DNA of 64,000 bases from Candidatus Micrarchaeota archaeon. GTDB lineage: Archaea; Micrarchaeota; Micrarchaeia; Anstonellales; Bilamarchaeaceae. The stretch covers positions 1,300 to 65,299 of the forward strand of contig JACRGD010000005.1 of assembly GCA_016212525.1 (NCBI GenBank). Direction: 5' to 3'. The notes under the pieces are model-generated. The model saw only the letters and a list, made by a program, of their open reading frames with translations, made no database searches and was not told where the DNA came from. The position numbers were made by a program, and so were the translations under genes. Shown here piece by piece: positions 28,925 through 39,254 of this stretch. Positions within the stretch are counted from its first letter, which is position 1. Each line of letters opens with the position of its first letter.

Positions 28925-31900
28925 GTGAAAAATTTAGATTTGATTTTTCTTGGTGTTGTTTTAATCGGACTGATTTTGGCAGGTGGATTTGTTTTTTTAA
29001 CTCCATCTGAGCTTAAGAACCCCTCTGGACAGGCATCTTCTCCAGGTACAAATATCCGTCCCACAATCAATCCTAATGACCTAGATGCCGATGGACTACC
29101 AGATAATCTGGATAATTGTCCTTCTATCAAAAATCCCTCTCAGGAAGATTCGGATTCCGATGGCAAGGGCGACCTGTGCGATATAAATCTATATACCAAT
29201 TTTGGAATATTTGATCCTGCTAACGAAACCTCTCCTATCCCATCCGAACTTATGGTCCAAAACGAAACTGGTTATTATCTTGTCCAGCTTTACGATCGTG
29301 CTGGCACCGAGAATATTCGCTCCAAAGGCGAAATTCTGGGTTCTGTTCCAAAAGATGCGCTAGTTTTGAAAACTGGCCTTAGTCTCTCTGATTTGAGATC
29401 GCTCCCCTATGTTCGGTATGTGCAGGTTTACCAGCCAGCATACAAGCTTTCCCAAGATCTCGTATCTCTCTATCGTGCTGGTCAGCTTTCAAAGAGTTCT
29501 CTGGATATCTGGGTCACTGTCTTTGGATCTGATTCGAGTGCTTTGGAAGATCTTTCTGCTTTTGGACGACCCAAAAAAGTTACTGATGCGGTTTTTGAAC
29601 TGTCTAATACAAGTGGCGTAGATGTTTTGTCCATCATAAAAATCCCCTCTGTTCAGTTTGTCGAACTAAAACCTCATGATGAACTTGCCAATGCAGTTGC
29701 ACAATCAACCGTTCATGTTATCGATCCTAGTGATGGCGTCTCAAACATTTACGGATTAACTGGTGCTGGCCAGTTCGTTGCTGTTGCAGATACTGGTCTT
29801 GATACTGGTGTGCTTGCCACGTTGAATCCTGATTTTGCCGGTCGTGTTGTTGGTACTTATTCTTCGTCCGTTATGAATTCAGCAGACCCAAATGCGCGTC
29901 CTCTTTGGAGCGATCTTTTTAGTGGCCACGGAACCCATGTTGCAGGAACTGTTTTGGGCAGTGGCGTAAACTCGGCCGGCGTCTGGAAAGGTGCTGCACC
30001 TTTGTCAAGTCTTATCTTCATGTCGATCGAGGGAACTGGCGGTGCCTGGTCTGGAGTGCCTGCTGATTTTAAGAAAATGCTGACTTTGGCATACTCTGAT
30101 CCAAACCGGCCAAAAATAATGACTAATAGCTGGGGTACTAGGGGTGTGTCTTATGGTACTCCAGCAAAACAACTCGATGAATACTCGTTCGATCATAAGG
30201 ATTTTCTTGTCTTATTTGCAGCTGGAAATGAAGGTCCTCTTGCAACTACTCTTCGTGATAAGGCACACTCAAAAAATGCCCTGGTGGTGGGAGCTAGCGA
30301 GAAACTAATGTTCACTACTGGAGGCGGGGTTTTTCCAAATTCTGACGATCTAAATGATATGGCAAACTTTAGCAGTCGTGGCCCTGCCCTTGGAGGCAGA
30401 ATAAAGCCAGATATATCCGCTCCCGGAACCTGGATATTTTCGGTTCGCTCAAGTGCTTGTCAGGGTGGCGCAAGTCCCTGTAATGGCTGGGGGCTTGCCG
30501 GTGGTCCTGTTGGCGGGGGTTTTGGTGTTCTTCCTGGTGGTGCTGCACTATCTCCAACTTATTTCTTTATGGGCGGAACTTCCATGGCTACTCCGCTTGT
30601 TGCCGGCTCGGCCGCTTTGACTCGTGAATATTATCAAAGATTCAAACGGTATTCGACTCCCTCTTCAGCACTAATAAAAGCAACTCTGATAAATGGCGCA
30701 GAAGATATGCCCTCAACCGGGAATGCCGGCTCTTCAACCGGTCCTATTCCAAATAATGATGAGGGATTTGGAAGGATGAATCTTGCAAATTCACTTTTTC
30801 CCGGCGGAACTCAAAATAGGATGAAATACTTTGAAGGTGCAAACTTCACAGATGATGAAGAAACGGACTATGTTTCTTATCTGATCCGGACAAATCAGCA
30901 GTTTCCCCTAAGCGCTACTTTGGTTTGGACTGATGATAATGGATATTTTGTGAGCAACGGTTTCCTGGTTAATGATCTGGATCTTAAGGCGACTTCCCCC
31001 TCTGGAATTAAATACGCCGGAAATCAGATTGGATTAGATGGACAATCGACTCCCAATTCTGCGGCTAAGGATTCGGTAAATAATGTCGAGCGAATTGTTC
31101 TTGGCGGATCAGGTCCCTCTGGCCATCCAGAAGATGGTTTTTACAATATAACTGTCCGCTCATACGATCTTTATGCATTGACTTCCGGACAGGACTATGC
31201 ACTTGTAGTTAGTCAGAGCGTCGGAGTTGACAGTGCATCCAAAACCCAGACCTATTGGTATAATTTTACCTCTAATGATGTTCGTGTAAGTGCGGTCGGG
31301 TTAAACTCGAACGAGAGTGTCGATGTTATTGTTCAATCTTTCAATGGTCCCTCTTATTGGCACAACGGAATCGTTCTTAACTCAAACATTACTTCAAATA
31401 TCACGACAATTAAAGCCGATGAAAACGGAACTATAAACTCCTCCTCATCATCGGTCTGGATCGCTCCTTCAAACTGGATTTATTATGGAGCTGGCGATGG
31501 TCGATACAACTTAGTTCTCGATCGAAAGACTCGGGGTACTTTTGAAATCAAGGACGATCTTGTTGATTACTATAATAAGACTGGTTTTAGGGTTCAGGCC
31601 ATCTCCGCAAGCGACAAAAACAAATCAATTCGCAAAATCTACACTTCTTCAGATCCATATGTCTATGCCTTTGGTGGTGGTTTTGCCCCCGCTGGAATTG
31701 CAGATATATATCTACTTCCCTCGCCCACTAGCGGGTTTGACCCGTTCTATCTCCGCTCGACTGTTGGTGCTGATGGTATAGGTTCATTTAATGTTCGCCT
31801 GCTTAGCAGTCCATCTAATTATATCTACAGATCTGCTCATGCAGATATCTATTCGATTCAGGCCGATACCAATACAACAAATGGTCTATTTAGGTCAGAA

Positions 31901-34900
31901 GAAGATAGCAAAGACCAGGTTTTAATTGATGAAATGGAGCGGGCGGTTTTATCAGCCCCGCTTTCAGAGGGGTCAGTTGGTCAGGGTGTAATACAGCTCC
32001 AATTTTTCCTAAATTCACAGTCTTTGCGGACCCCTGTGAACGGATCATTCTCAAGTGACACTAAAGATGCGCTTAACCTCTACTTCAAGAGTAGGGCGCT
32101 TCCAGAAGATGGGGCCGTACATTCATCAGATCTTCCTAAAATCCGCGATGATGCGCTAAGGAGTTTCCGGGTTTTTGCCACTGCTGCTACAAATGGGGCC
32201 GATCAGATACGAAGGGTTTTTGTTCCTCGTGAATCAGTCTATGCCCGCGGTGCAGGTTTGATTAGCGCAAAAAATGTAACTGTTTATGTAGTAAAGCACA
32301 ACGATTCGCTCAAAGATGGCGATTTACTTTCAGATGTATCAAGTGATGGGCCTAACATCGCAACTCCAAATGAAGCAGGCCTTTTCTCTAGTCTTTTGGT
32401 CTTTGATAATATCACTTCCTTCAATGTCGGCTATTACGATTTGATAATCGATACTGATGGAAATGGCAAATACAACTCAAGTGTCGATACAAAAGACGGA
32501 ATCGGCCTATATGCTCTTACGGAAGAGATTTCTTCCGGTTCAACAATTTCACTTAACTCCAGGGGCGATTCGATTTTTGAAGCAGAAACCTTCCTTAAGG
32601 TTTTTTGGAACCCGGTGATTGTTCCAGATCGGATCTTCGACTCCACATCTATTAGTGCTCTAGTTGCATATCAAAAGAGCCGAGGTCTTGCCCCAAACGG
32701 AATCATTGATAGAGAAACAATGGCCAAAATGAAATCCGAAGCATTGATCAGCTTCAGAATTGAGGCAGTAGAATCAAGTGATGATCAGGCCCAGATAAAA
32801 AGCGTTTTTATTCCTTATGAAAATCCAGTGGTTGAGCAGGATCCGGTTTGCACTAATGAAGATCGGCTTCGTGCTGCCAATGCACTTGAGGGTCTCCACA
32901 CTACTGTCGCGGAAAAACGGTCTTCGATCTATGCACTTGGCGGCGGATTCATCGCAAATAAAAAATCCAAGGTCTATGTAGTTAATGAGAGTTCCTGGAT
33001 TGATGGCAAGAAACTTAATGACGAATCCGGTGGTGCAGAGGAAATAGTTACTGATGCAAAAGGTCAGATAATTAATACTCAAATCTGGAAGGACATCGAG
33101 CGAAAAAATGCAGGGCTTTATGATGTTATTGTTGATGTGGACTCAGATGGCTACTTTAACGATTCGGTTGCCAGTAAAGATACGGCAGATCAACTAATCC
33201 CATGGGGACTAGCGATTCCAAAAGTCGATTCATCAGATCAAACTGGACAAATTAAAGATATCTTTATTGGAGATGATATGATCTATGCAAAGGGGATAGG
33301 GTTCCCCCCCGGCGAATCGTTCGATGTTTATGTTGTCAAAGATAATCGTTCGCTAAAAGATGGGGACGTGTTTAGTGAAAAGGACGTTTCCGAGCAAGTA
33401 GAAAAGGGTAGTGTTGCAGATGGCAAGGGCGAATTTTTAATTCCAGTTTGGCTTGAGACTAAAGTCGGACGCTATGATATTATTGTTGATCGGGACAAAA
33501 ACGGAATTTTCAATGGTACAATCGATGTGATCGATGCAGTAAAATCTACTGGCTTTGAGGTTCGGTCCAACTGGACCTTTATGGTCTATATGGCTGCTGA
33601 AAAAGATCTTCGGGACGAAGCGATCGCAGACCTAAACGAAATGGAATTAATCGGTTCGAACAAGCACGTTTCTGTAGTTGTACAAGTCGATACTTCTTCG
33701 AGCCCTAATGGAGCTACAACAATCGTGCAACAACTCAACTCCACACCAACCCGATTATATGTACGCAAAGATTCCGATCCAATCAAACTCAACTCAACTC
33801 TAATGATGCAGCTTCAGGAAACGAGTATGGGCAGTGCTGAGACATTGCTTGACTTTACAAAATGGGCATCATCCTGCTATCCTGGAGAAAACTATGTCCT
33901 TGTTTTATGGGGAGATGGGGATTCTTGGAAAGTGAATCCTTCAGTTCCCACTGGTCTTCTTACAGATACCGAACCAGCAAAGGATGCAATGGATATGAGC
34001 GAACTAAAGTCCGCAGCAGACTCGATGACTGCGTCTCTTAATGGAACTCGTCTTGGTATATTTGCATTCGATGCACCATTAATGGCCAGTGTTGAAGTTG
34101 CAGCTCAGATCAAGAATACCAGTGACATAATGGTTGCATCTGAGGGCACTAAAGCGGTTATTGGGAAAGAATCTCCCACCAAAAAAGGAACAATCGATTG
34201 GAATTATGAGGATGTTCTAAAACGCCTTAATCACAATCCAAAGCAGAGTATGCGTGACTTCTCAAAGGAGATCGTTGCGCATGCAAAAGACGCAAAACTC
34301 GACACGCTTTCATCTATCTCGCTAACTGGAATCGATGCCCTAATTAAGGAAATCGATTCGCTCGCTTCACCATCTAATTTACGTGGAAATATGATGCCCG
34401 ATTTCGCTCCTGCTTCCTGTCCGCCGTATCTTGGGTCAACTCGATCAGGTCTCTTTGATTACAATGGTGCGGATCAATATTCTGACAATGTCCAAATCGG
34501 TCTTCTTAAGGCAAGATTGGCAAGCCAGACCATGGGCGGAGTAATTGGTTATTCGGTTCAGAAATATGCATACGATCTGGATAATACTCCTGAGGGAGCA
34601 GCTCTTGCTCCTCTTAGACGGACAAAGGACGATCCGGTCTGGGGAGACATTGACATTGTTGATCTTTCTGACCTCTCATCAAAAATTGTCGCTTCCGGTG
34701 AAATTAAATCATCATACAAATCACATGCGCCGACAATTGTTTCTATGCTTGCAAAAGGCGGGCCGATAATTATTGATGAATACCATAGCCCAGCATTCGC
34801 CAATGCGTATGGCCTTTCCATTTACTACCCATTCCAGCAAAAGCGCTCTGGTGCCGATCCACTCCACGAATATTCTTACGATTCACCATCTGATCTTTCA

Positions 34901-36463
34901 TCGTCTATCTATCATTCGACTCCGGGGTTCATTTTCCCGACTAATAAAGGCGCGATTTGGTGGAAGGATGATTCGGATGATCCCAAAGGTCGTGTGTTAA
35001 AACGATACTATACTTCAGTTGCAGATGCCCAGCTTCTTGGTGGCGGAAAAATCAAGGAAGTTATTGTTCCAAGCTGCAATTATCTTAAGGTTTCAGTTAA
35101 GTTCTCAAGTCGTGGTTCGACTGATTCGGATTTCGAAGGGTTTGCCAGTTTTGGAGTAAAGAAAAACGCCCTATATTCCTGGAGTTTTGGTGATGGCGGC
35201 GGATGCACTGAGGCGTGGAATGATAAGGGCAATAATGACGGAATCGATCCTCCAAGCGAGACCTCAAGCTGTGATAAAGTCTTTGATGGATTGGTCGAGC
35301 ATACTTACGAAAAATGCGGTTGTTTTGTAGTTACTATGCAGACAACTGACGACGATGGTGAGTCCGATTCTGATTGGTTGTATGTGAAAATACAAGATGA
35401 TCCAACCTGGATTCCACCTCCTGATAACAGTTCGATAGTTCCCACCTGTGCTGATAACACAAGGACACCAGGTAAACCATACAATTCCTCAATCGCCCGC
35501 TTTATCTGTCATGATAATTGCGAGCAGATCTATGGTCCAGGGTACAAATGCGACCCAGAAGGCTGTTTCTGCAATCCGCCCAAGGTAATTAACGACACAA
35601 ATAGGACCAGAACAGGAAATGACACCTGGATAGCTCCTCGTTGCGGTGATGGGGTAATAACCCCTCCAGAGCAGTGCGATCCAGCAAGTAACGCCACAAA
35701 AGTCTGCACCAATTCAAAATCATGTACTCAAAATTGCGAATGCAAATATGTTGATACCAACCCTCCTTTCTGTGGTGATGGTCGTGTTACTGCACCTGAA
35801 GAGTGCGATCCTGGATCCAGATATACCGATGTCTGCTACAATGGAAATTCCTGTAATAGTTGCAGATGCAGTGCAAGTGTTATTCCTCCCCAAACCCATC
35901 GAGAATGCAGAAGTGGATCGTGCGTTAGTGTTAATGGGTCTGGTTCTGACAGTTGTAGTACTGATTTACAATGTCACCAAACCCAAACTCCGCAAACTCA
36001 CCGGATCTGTAGTTCCGGTTCATGCGTTTCTGTTTCCGGTTCCGGATCTGACCAGTGCACCAGTAATTCGCAGTGTATAGATACTACTCCCATGCACAGT
36101 GCCTGTGATTTTGAGACTCATTCATGCATGGTAGTTGAGGGGCCCGGTTCGAATTCGTGTACTTCTAATTCAGATTGCAGTCCTCCGGTTGTCAACTGTT
36201 CGGTTTATTGTAGTGAACAGGGCTATTCACAAAGTCTTGGAAGCGGATATTCGACTCAGTCTTCCTGCAATGCTGCCGCTGCAGAAGAACCAATAAGCTG
36301 CACTACTACCTGTGTTTATACTAAATTTTACAGCACCTCAAATACTGCCGGAACTACTACTTGCTGCTGCAAGGCCAAAAAACAGTTTATCTGCACAAAT
36401 TGTCCTGGACAAAACCCACAATGTCCAGTTCCAGAAACAATTTGCCCTGCTAATGCTCCTTAA
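28925..36463 (+). CDS. Giant secreted multidomain S8 (subtilisin-like) peptidase with TSP3 repeat, five beta-repeats, two peptidoglycan-binding-like modules, inactive clostripain (C11) domain, PKD-like domain and Cys-rich tail
   Basis: GTG start plus N-terminal TM; DADGLPDNLDNCP; triad VADTG / HGTHVAG / GTSMATP; NWTFMVYMAA; YSWSFGDG; CGDG...EQCD repeats. Confidence 0.9.
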   Translation: MKNLDLIFLGVVLIGLILAGGFVFLTPSELKNPSGQASSPGTNIRPTINPNDLDADGLPDNLDNCPSIKNPSQEDSDSDGKGDLCDINLYTNFGIFDPANETSPIPSELMVQNETGYYLVQLYDRAGTENIRSKGEILGSVPKDALVLKTGLSLSDLRSLPYVRYVQVYQPAYKLSQDLVSLYRAGQLSKSSLDIWVTVFGSDSSALEDLSAFGRPKKVTDAVFELSNTSGVDVLSIIKIPSVQFVELKPHDELANAVAQSTVHVIDPSDGVSNIYGLTGAGQFVAVADTGLDTGVLATLNPDFAGRVVGTYSSSVMNSADPNARPLWSDLFSGHGTHVAGTVLGSGVNSAGVWKGAAPLSSLIFMSIEGTGGAWSGVPADFKKMLTLAYSDPNRPKIMTNSWGTRGVSYGTPAKQLDEYSFDHKDFLVLFAAGNEGPLATTLRDKAHSKNALVVGASEKLMFTTGGGVFPNSDDLNDMANFSSRGPALGGRIKPDISAPGTWIFSVRSSACQGGASPCNGWGLAGGPVGGGFGVLPGGAALSPTYFFMGGTSMATPLVAGSAALTREYYQRFKRYSTPSSALIKATLINGAEDMPSTGNAGSSTGPIPNNDEGFGRMNLANSLFPGGTQNRMKYFEGANFTDDEETDYVSYLIRTNQQFPLSATLVWTDDNGYFVSNGFLVNDLDLKATSPSGIKYAGNQIGLDGQSTPNSAAKDSVNNVERIVLGGSGPSGHPEDGFYNITVRSYDLYALTSGQDYALVVSQSVGVDSASKTQTYWYNFTSNDVRVSAVGLNSNESVDVIVQSFNGPSYWHNGIVLNSNITSNITTIKADENGTINSSSSSVWIAPSNWIYYGAGDGRYNLVLDRKTRGTFEIKDDLVDYYNKTGFRVQAISASDKNKSIRKIYTSSDPYVYAFGGGFAPAGIADIYLLPSPTSGFDPFYLRSTVGADGIGSFNVRLLSSPSNYIYRSAHADIYSIQADTNTTNGLFRSEEDSKDQVLIDEMERAVLSAPLSEGSVGQGVIQLQFFLNSQSLRTPVNGSFSSDTKDALNLYFKSRALPEDGAVHSSDLPKIRDDALRSFRVFATAATNGADQIRRVFVPRESVYARGAGLISAKNVTVYVVKHNDSLKDGDLLSDVSSDGPNIATPNEAGLFSSLLVFDNITSFNVGYYDLIIDTDGNGKYNSSVDTKDGIGLYALTEEISSGSTISLNSRGDSIFEAETFLKVFWNPVIVPDRIFDSTSISALVAYQKSRGLAPNGIIDRETMAKMKSEALISFRIEAVESSDDQAQIKSVFIPYENPVVEQDPVCTNEDRLRAANALEGLHTTVAEKRSSIYALGGGFIANKKSKVYVVNESSWIDGKKLNDESGGAEEIVTDAKGQIINTQIWKDIERKNAGLYDVIVDVDSDGYFNDSVASKDTADQLIPWGLAIPKVDSSDQTGQIKDIFIGDDMIYAKGIGFPPGESFDVYVVKDNRSLKDGDVFSEKDVSEQVEKGSVADGKGEFLIPVWLETKVGRYDIIVDRDKNGIFNGTIDVIDAVKSTGFEVRSNWTFMVYMAAEKDLRDEAIADLNEMELIGSNKHVSVVVQVDTSSSPNGATTIVQQLNSTPTRLYVRKDSDPIKLNSTLMMQLQETSMGSAETLLDFTKWASSCYPGENYVLVLWGDGDSWKVNPSVPTGLLTDTEPAKDAMDMSELKSAADSMTASLNGTRLGIFAFDAPLMASVEVAAQIKNTSDIMVASEGTKAVIGKESPTKKGTIDWNYEDVLKRLNHNPKQSMRDFSKEIVAHAKDAKLDTLSSISLTGIDALIKEIDSLASPSNLRGNMMPDFAPASCPPYLGSTRSGLFDYNGADQYSDNVQIGLLKARLASQTMGGVIGYSVQKYAYDLDNTPEGAALAPLRRTKDDPVWGDIDIVDLSDLSSKIVASGEIKSSYKSHAPTIVSMLAKGGPIIIDEYHSPAFANAYGLSIYYPFQQKRSGADPLHEYSYDSPSDLSSSIYHSTPGFIFPTNKGAIWWKDDSDDPKGRVLKRYYTSVADAQLLGGGKIKEVIVPSCNYLKVSVKFSSRGSTDSDFEGFASFGVKKNALYSWSFGDGGGCTEAWNDKGNNDGIDPPSETSSCDKVFDGLVEHTYEKCGCFVVTMQTTDDDGESDSDWLYVKIQDDPTWIPPPDNSSIVPTCADNTRTPGKPYNSSIARFICHDNCEQIYGPGYKCDPEGCFCNPPKVINDTNRTRTGNDTWIAPRCGDGVITPPEQCDPASNATKVCTNSKSCTQNCECKYVDTNPPFCGDGRVTAPEECDPGSRYTDVCYNGNSCNSCRCSASVIPPQTHRECRSGSCVSVNGSGSDSCSTDLQCHQTQTPQTHRICSSGSCVSVSGSGSDQCTSNSQCIDTTPMHSACDFETHSCMVVEGPGSNSCTSNSDCSPPVVNCSVYCSEQGYSQSLGSGYSTQSSCNAAAAEEPISCTTTCVYTKFYSTSNTAGTTTCCCKAKKQFICTNCPGQNPQCPVPETICPANAP

Positions 36464-36647
36464 TATGTTCTCTCAAAAATCTTTCCGACTCAGAATTTCT
36501 CCCTTTTCTAAACATTCGTCGTCTTAGGTTTTCTCTTGCTCCGGAAACAGTAAAACAAGCTCGGAATTTCTAACCTGTTTGAGTATTTGCATATGTATGG
36601 TTCCTGATTGGCCCAATACTGATTCCAATGCCAGTTTCCCTTAGAAA

Positions 36648-37091
36648 TTAATCCTTCTCAATCTCAGAAAGTATTGCCCATATTGGCAATAAAGAAACCC
36701 CAAGTGTGAAAATTACTAAGCTGCCAACATACATTATGCCTAATATCGATGTAATTATGTTCTCTATAGAAAACGAAGAAAGTCCTATGGAATAAACATT
36801 TAGTCTGTCTAATAACGTAACTAATATCGCACCTACAATGCCCGCTGCTATATTTTCAAATAGTCTTTCTAGTCTTCCTCTATTCTCTTTTTTATATTTT
36901 TTTAGCAGGTACAGGCCGATGGCAATCCCGATTAGTATCAACAGCACAAATATTATCCAGACTATGAGTTCTTTTATGAATGAAAATTCCCCGGGTGTGA
37001 ATATATAAATGATTGTTAAAACTAAAATTAGACTTATCAGTACCAGAAATATTATTCCGGTTTGTTTTGGTGTATCCTTCTTTTGAGCCAC
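36648..37091 (-). CDS. Hypothetical 4-TM membrane protein
   Basis: Four hydrophobic segments. Confidence 0.65.
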   Translation of the reverse strand: MAQKKDTPKQTGIIFLVLISLILVLTIIYIFTPGEFSFIKELIVWIIFVLLILIGIAIGLYLLKKYKKENRGRLERLFENIAAGIVGAILVTLLDRLNVYSIGLSSFSIENIITSILGIMYVGSLVIFTLGVSLLPIWAILSEIEKD

Positions 37092-37201
37092 TAAACTATC
37101 ATTTGCTAAAAATTATTAAATTCTCGGTTGTCTCAACACTGTTCTTTTGGGCGCTATTATCAACCTCAATCTTTTTATCCTTCTTACTTATTTATCCATT
37201 C

Positions 37202-37834
37202 ATGCTTAATCTTTCTCTTTCGGACAATTCAGGCAAATTTCTGATTCTTTCAAATCTCATTTCCCTATGTTTTGCCATTATCTTTGGCTTTGACCTGGGT
37301 TCTTTGATGTGGTTGTATCTTCTAGAGAGTATTCTGATCGGCTTTTTCACATTCCTTTCGCTCCCGATAATTGCCTTTCGAACTAGAAATCTCTTCGCAA
37401 TAGGACTAAGTGTTTTCCTCTCTTTTTTCTTTCTTTTTCACTATGGCGGTTTTCATTTCGTCTATCTTATTTTCCTGTCTGTTCTTCCTTACTTTAAAAT
37501 TAAGATTCCTCTTTTTGAATTTTTCCTGTCTTTACTTCCTCTTTTTTTATCTCATGCATATTCCTTTTTTGAACATGTCCTTTTTAGCAACGATCCAGCG
37601 GATTCCCAGTTGGATATTGGATCAGTTGCATCTAAATTTATTGCTCCCTATTCAAGAATTCTCCCAATGCACCTCACCATTATTTTCTCTGGATTTTTGG
37701 TTGTCTTTGTAGGTCCTGGGGAGTTGGCAACAAAGCTGATTCTCATTGTTTTTATGGTTCTAAAAATCGTTGCAGATCTACACTTTCACAATGTAAAACA
37801 CGGACTTAAGTTTACTACTTTGAATTTTGACTGA
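37202..37834 (+). CDS. Membrane protein, DUF6498-like
   Basis: LY.LES..IG, FF.FHYGGF..V, PYSRILPMH..II, K...D..FH. Confidence 0.7.
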   Translation: MLNLSLSDNSGKFLILSNLISLCFAIIFGFDLGSLMWLYLLESILIGFFTFLSLPIIAFRTRNLFAIGLSVFLSFFFLFHYGGFHFVYLIFLSVLPYFKIKIPLFEFFLSLLPLFLSHAYSFFEHVLFSNDPADSQLDIGSVASKFIAPYSRILPMHLTIIFSGFLVVFVGPGELATKLILIVFMVLKIVADLHFHNVKHGLKFTTLNFD

Positions 37835-37937
37835 TGTTCGTTTGTCCTTTGAAGCTATCGTCATGCGTTTTTGTGTTATTTAATGTTTATTTGATAACTT
37901 ATATAAACTCATTGTTACATAAATGATAACGAATACC

Positions 37938-38624
37938 ATGGTCTTTATACCTAACAATCCTGTTACTGCTTCTGTTGTTGCAAAGTTAGTTGGAAAGGGA
38001 TTTTATTCTGTATCCGTGGGCAACAAATCTGCCTTCAGATCTGATTTTGGTCGTGCTAGCTTGTTGGTTGAATTGAGCAACCGCGTGTCTGATGAAGCTC
38101 CAACTCGCATAGCCACTACTTCTGCATTTGGTTTGGCTCACTCAGAAGATTCTCATACTCTGGCAGTTTCTGGTCTCTCGCTTGGCAAGCCCTCTTTGAA
38201 TGTTGATGTTTCAGCTATCAAAAGAATTGCTTATTTACATGGTCTAGGGTCAGTTTCTGTCGATGCTTTGGTTCGAATTTTATCTACTAAGGATCATCAG
38301 GCTATTGGAGCGGATGGCTCTACTTACTGTGCGATTATCGATCCCACTTTGGATATTGATCGTTTGGTTGGTTCTGTTGGCGGTCTATCAGTCGCACTTG
38401 AGGCATTCGCCTCTTCACAATGTCCAGTTCAAGCACTTCATGCATACGATGCGGCTGTTGCTCTTAATGCTGCTGCCCAGTCTATGACTGCAAATGAAAA
38501 TTACCACGCAACTACCGTTCAAGCTTATTCGGCTGCATTTCTAAACAATGCTTTAGAATTAATCAATTCTTATGTTGGAACCTTATTGTACATTATAAAG
38601 GATCGCTCGGAATTCAGTTATTGA
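37938..38624 (+). CDS. Hypothetical protein, paralog of 27008-27682
   Basis: Motif sharing with 27008; start set by alignment of the shared upstream element. Confidence 0.75.
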   Translation: MVFIPNNPVTASVVAKLVGKGFYSVSVGNKSAFRSDFGRASLLVELSNRVSDEAPTRIATTSAFGLAHSEDSHTLAVSGLSLGKPSLNVDVSAIKRIAYLHGLGSVSVDALVRILSTKDHQAIGADGSTYCAIIDPTLDIDRLVGSVGGLSVALEAFASSQCPVQALHAYDAAVALNAAAQSMTANENYHATTVQAYSAAFLNNALELINSYVGTLLYIIKDRSEFSY

Positions 38625-38861
38625 TTTTCTGAATTTTATATCTCCTTTGCTCCTCTCTCGCCTTCAAGAAAATTTGATGGTTTTTCTTTCTTTCTTATTA
38701 ATGCAATTTGCTCCTATCCAGCACCTTTGGAGTTCAATATTTTCTGTTATTTGAGCTAACGAATTCTTTCCTATTGATGTCTTACCTTGTATATTTTCTA
38801 GTTCTGTTTGAAGAATCGACCATAAGATCACTTTATGTAAGTTTTCTTTCTATCTCAACTT

Positions 38862-39254
38862 ATGGATATTAAATCGATTCTAAAATCTTCAAAAATTATC
38901 GCAGTAGTTGGCTTATCGGATAAACAAGAACGTCCCAGCTATGATGTTGCAACCTATCTGATGGAGCATGGCTACACACTAATTCCAGTTAATCCTATGA
39001 TTTCGCAGTGGAAAGGTCTCAAGGCATATCCGTCGCTTTCCGAAATCCCTCGTGAGATCAAAATCGACATTGTCGATATCTTTAGAAAAAGCGAGGATGT
39101 TCCTCCAATCGTTGATGAGGCAATTTCCATTGGCGCTAAAGTGGTTTGGATGCAGCTGGGAATTGTTAATGAATCTGCTGCAGATAAGGCCAAATCTGCA
39201 GGACTCCAGGTCGTAATGGATAGGTGTATCAAGATCGAGCATGCAAAACTCTGA
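38862..39254 (+). CDS. CoA-binding protein (YccU-like)
   Basis: IAVVGLS....RPS, PVNP, DIVDIFR, VWMQLG, MDRC. Confidence 0.92.
   Translation: MDIKSILKSSKIIAVVGLSDKQERPSYDVATYLMEHGYTLIPVNPMISQWKGLKAYPSLSEIPREIKIDIVDIFRKSEDVPPIVDEAISIGAKVVWMQLGIVNESAADKAKSAGLQVVMDRCIKIEHAKL

Noticed and set aside
26736-38624. tRNA-integrated genomic island
   Set aside because: No integrase and no duplicated tRNA end; the block lies 5' of the tRNA
38660-38831. Short minus-strand GTG ORF of about 55 codons
   Set aside because: No SD and no motif; cannot be supported
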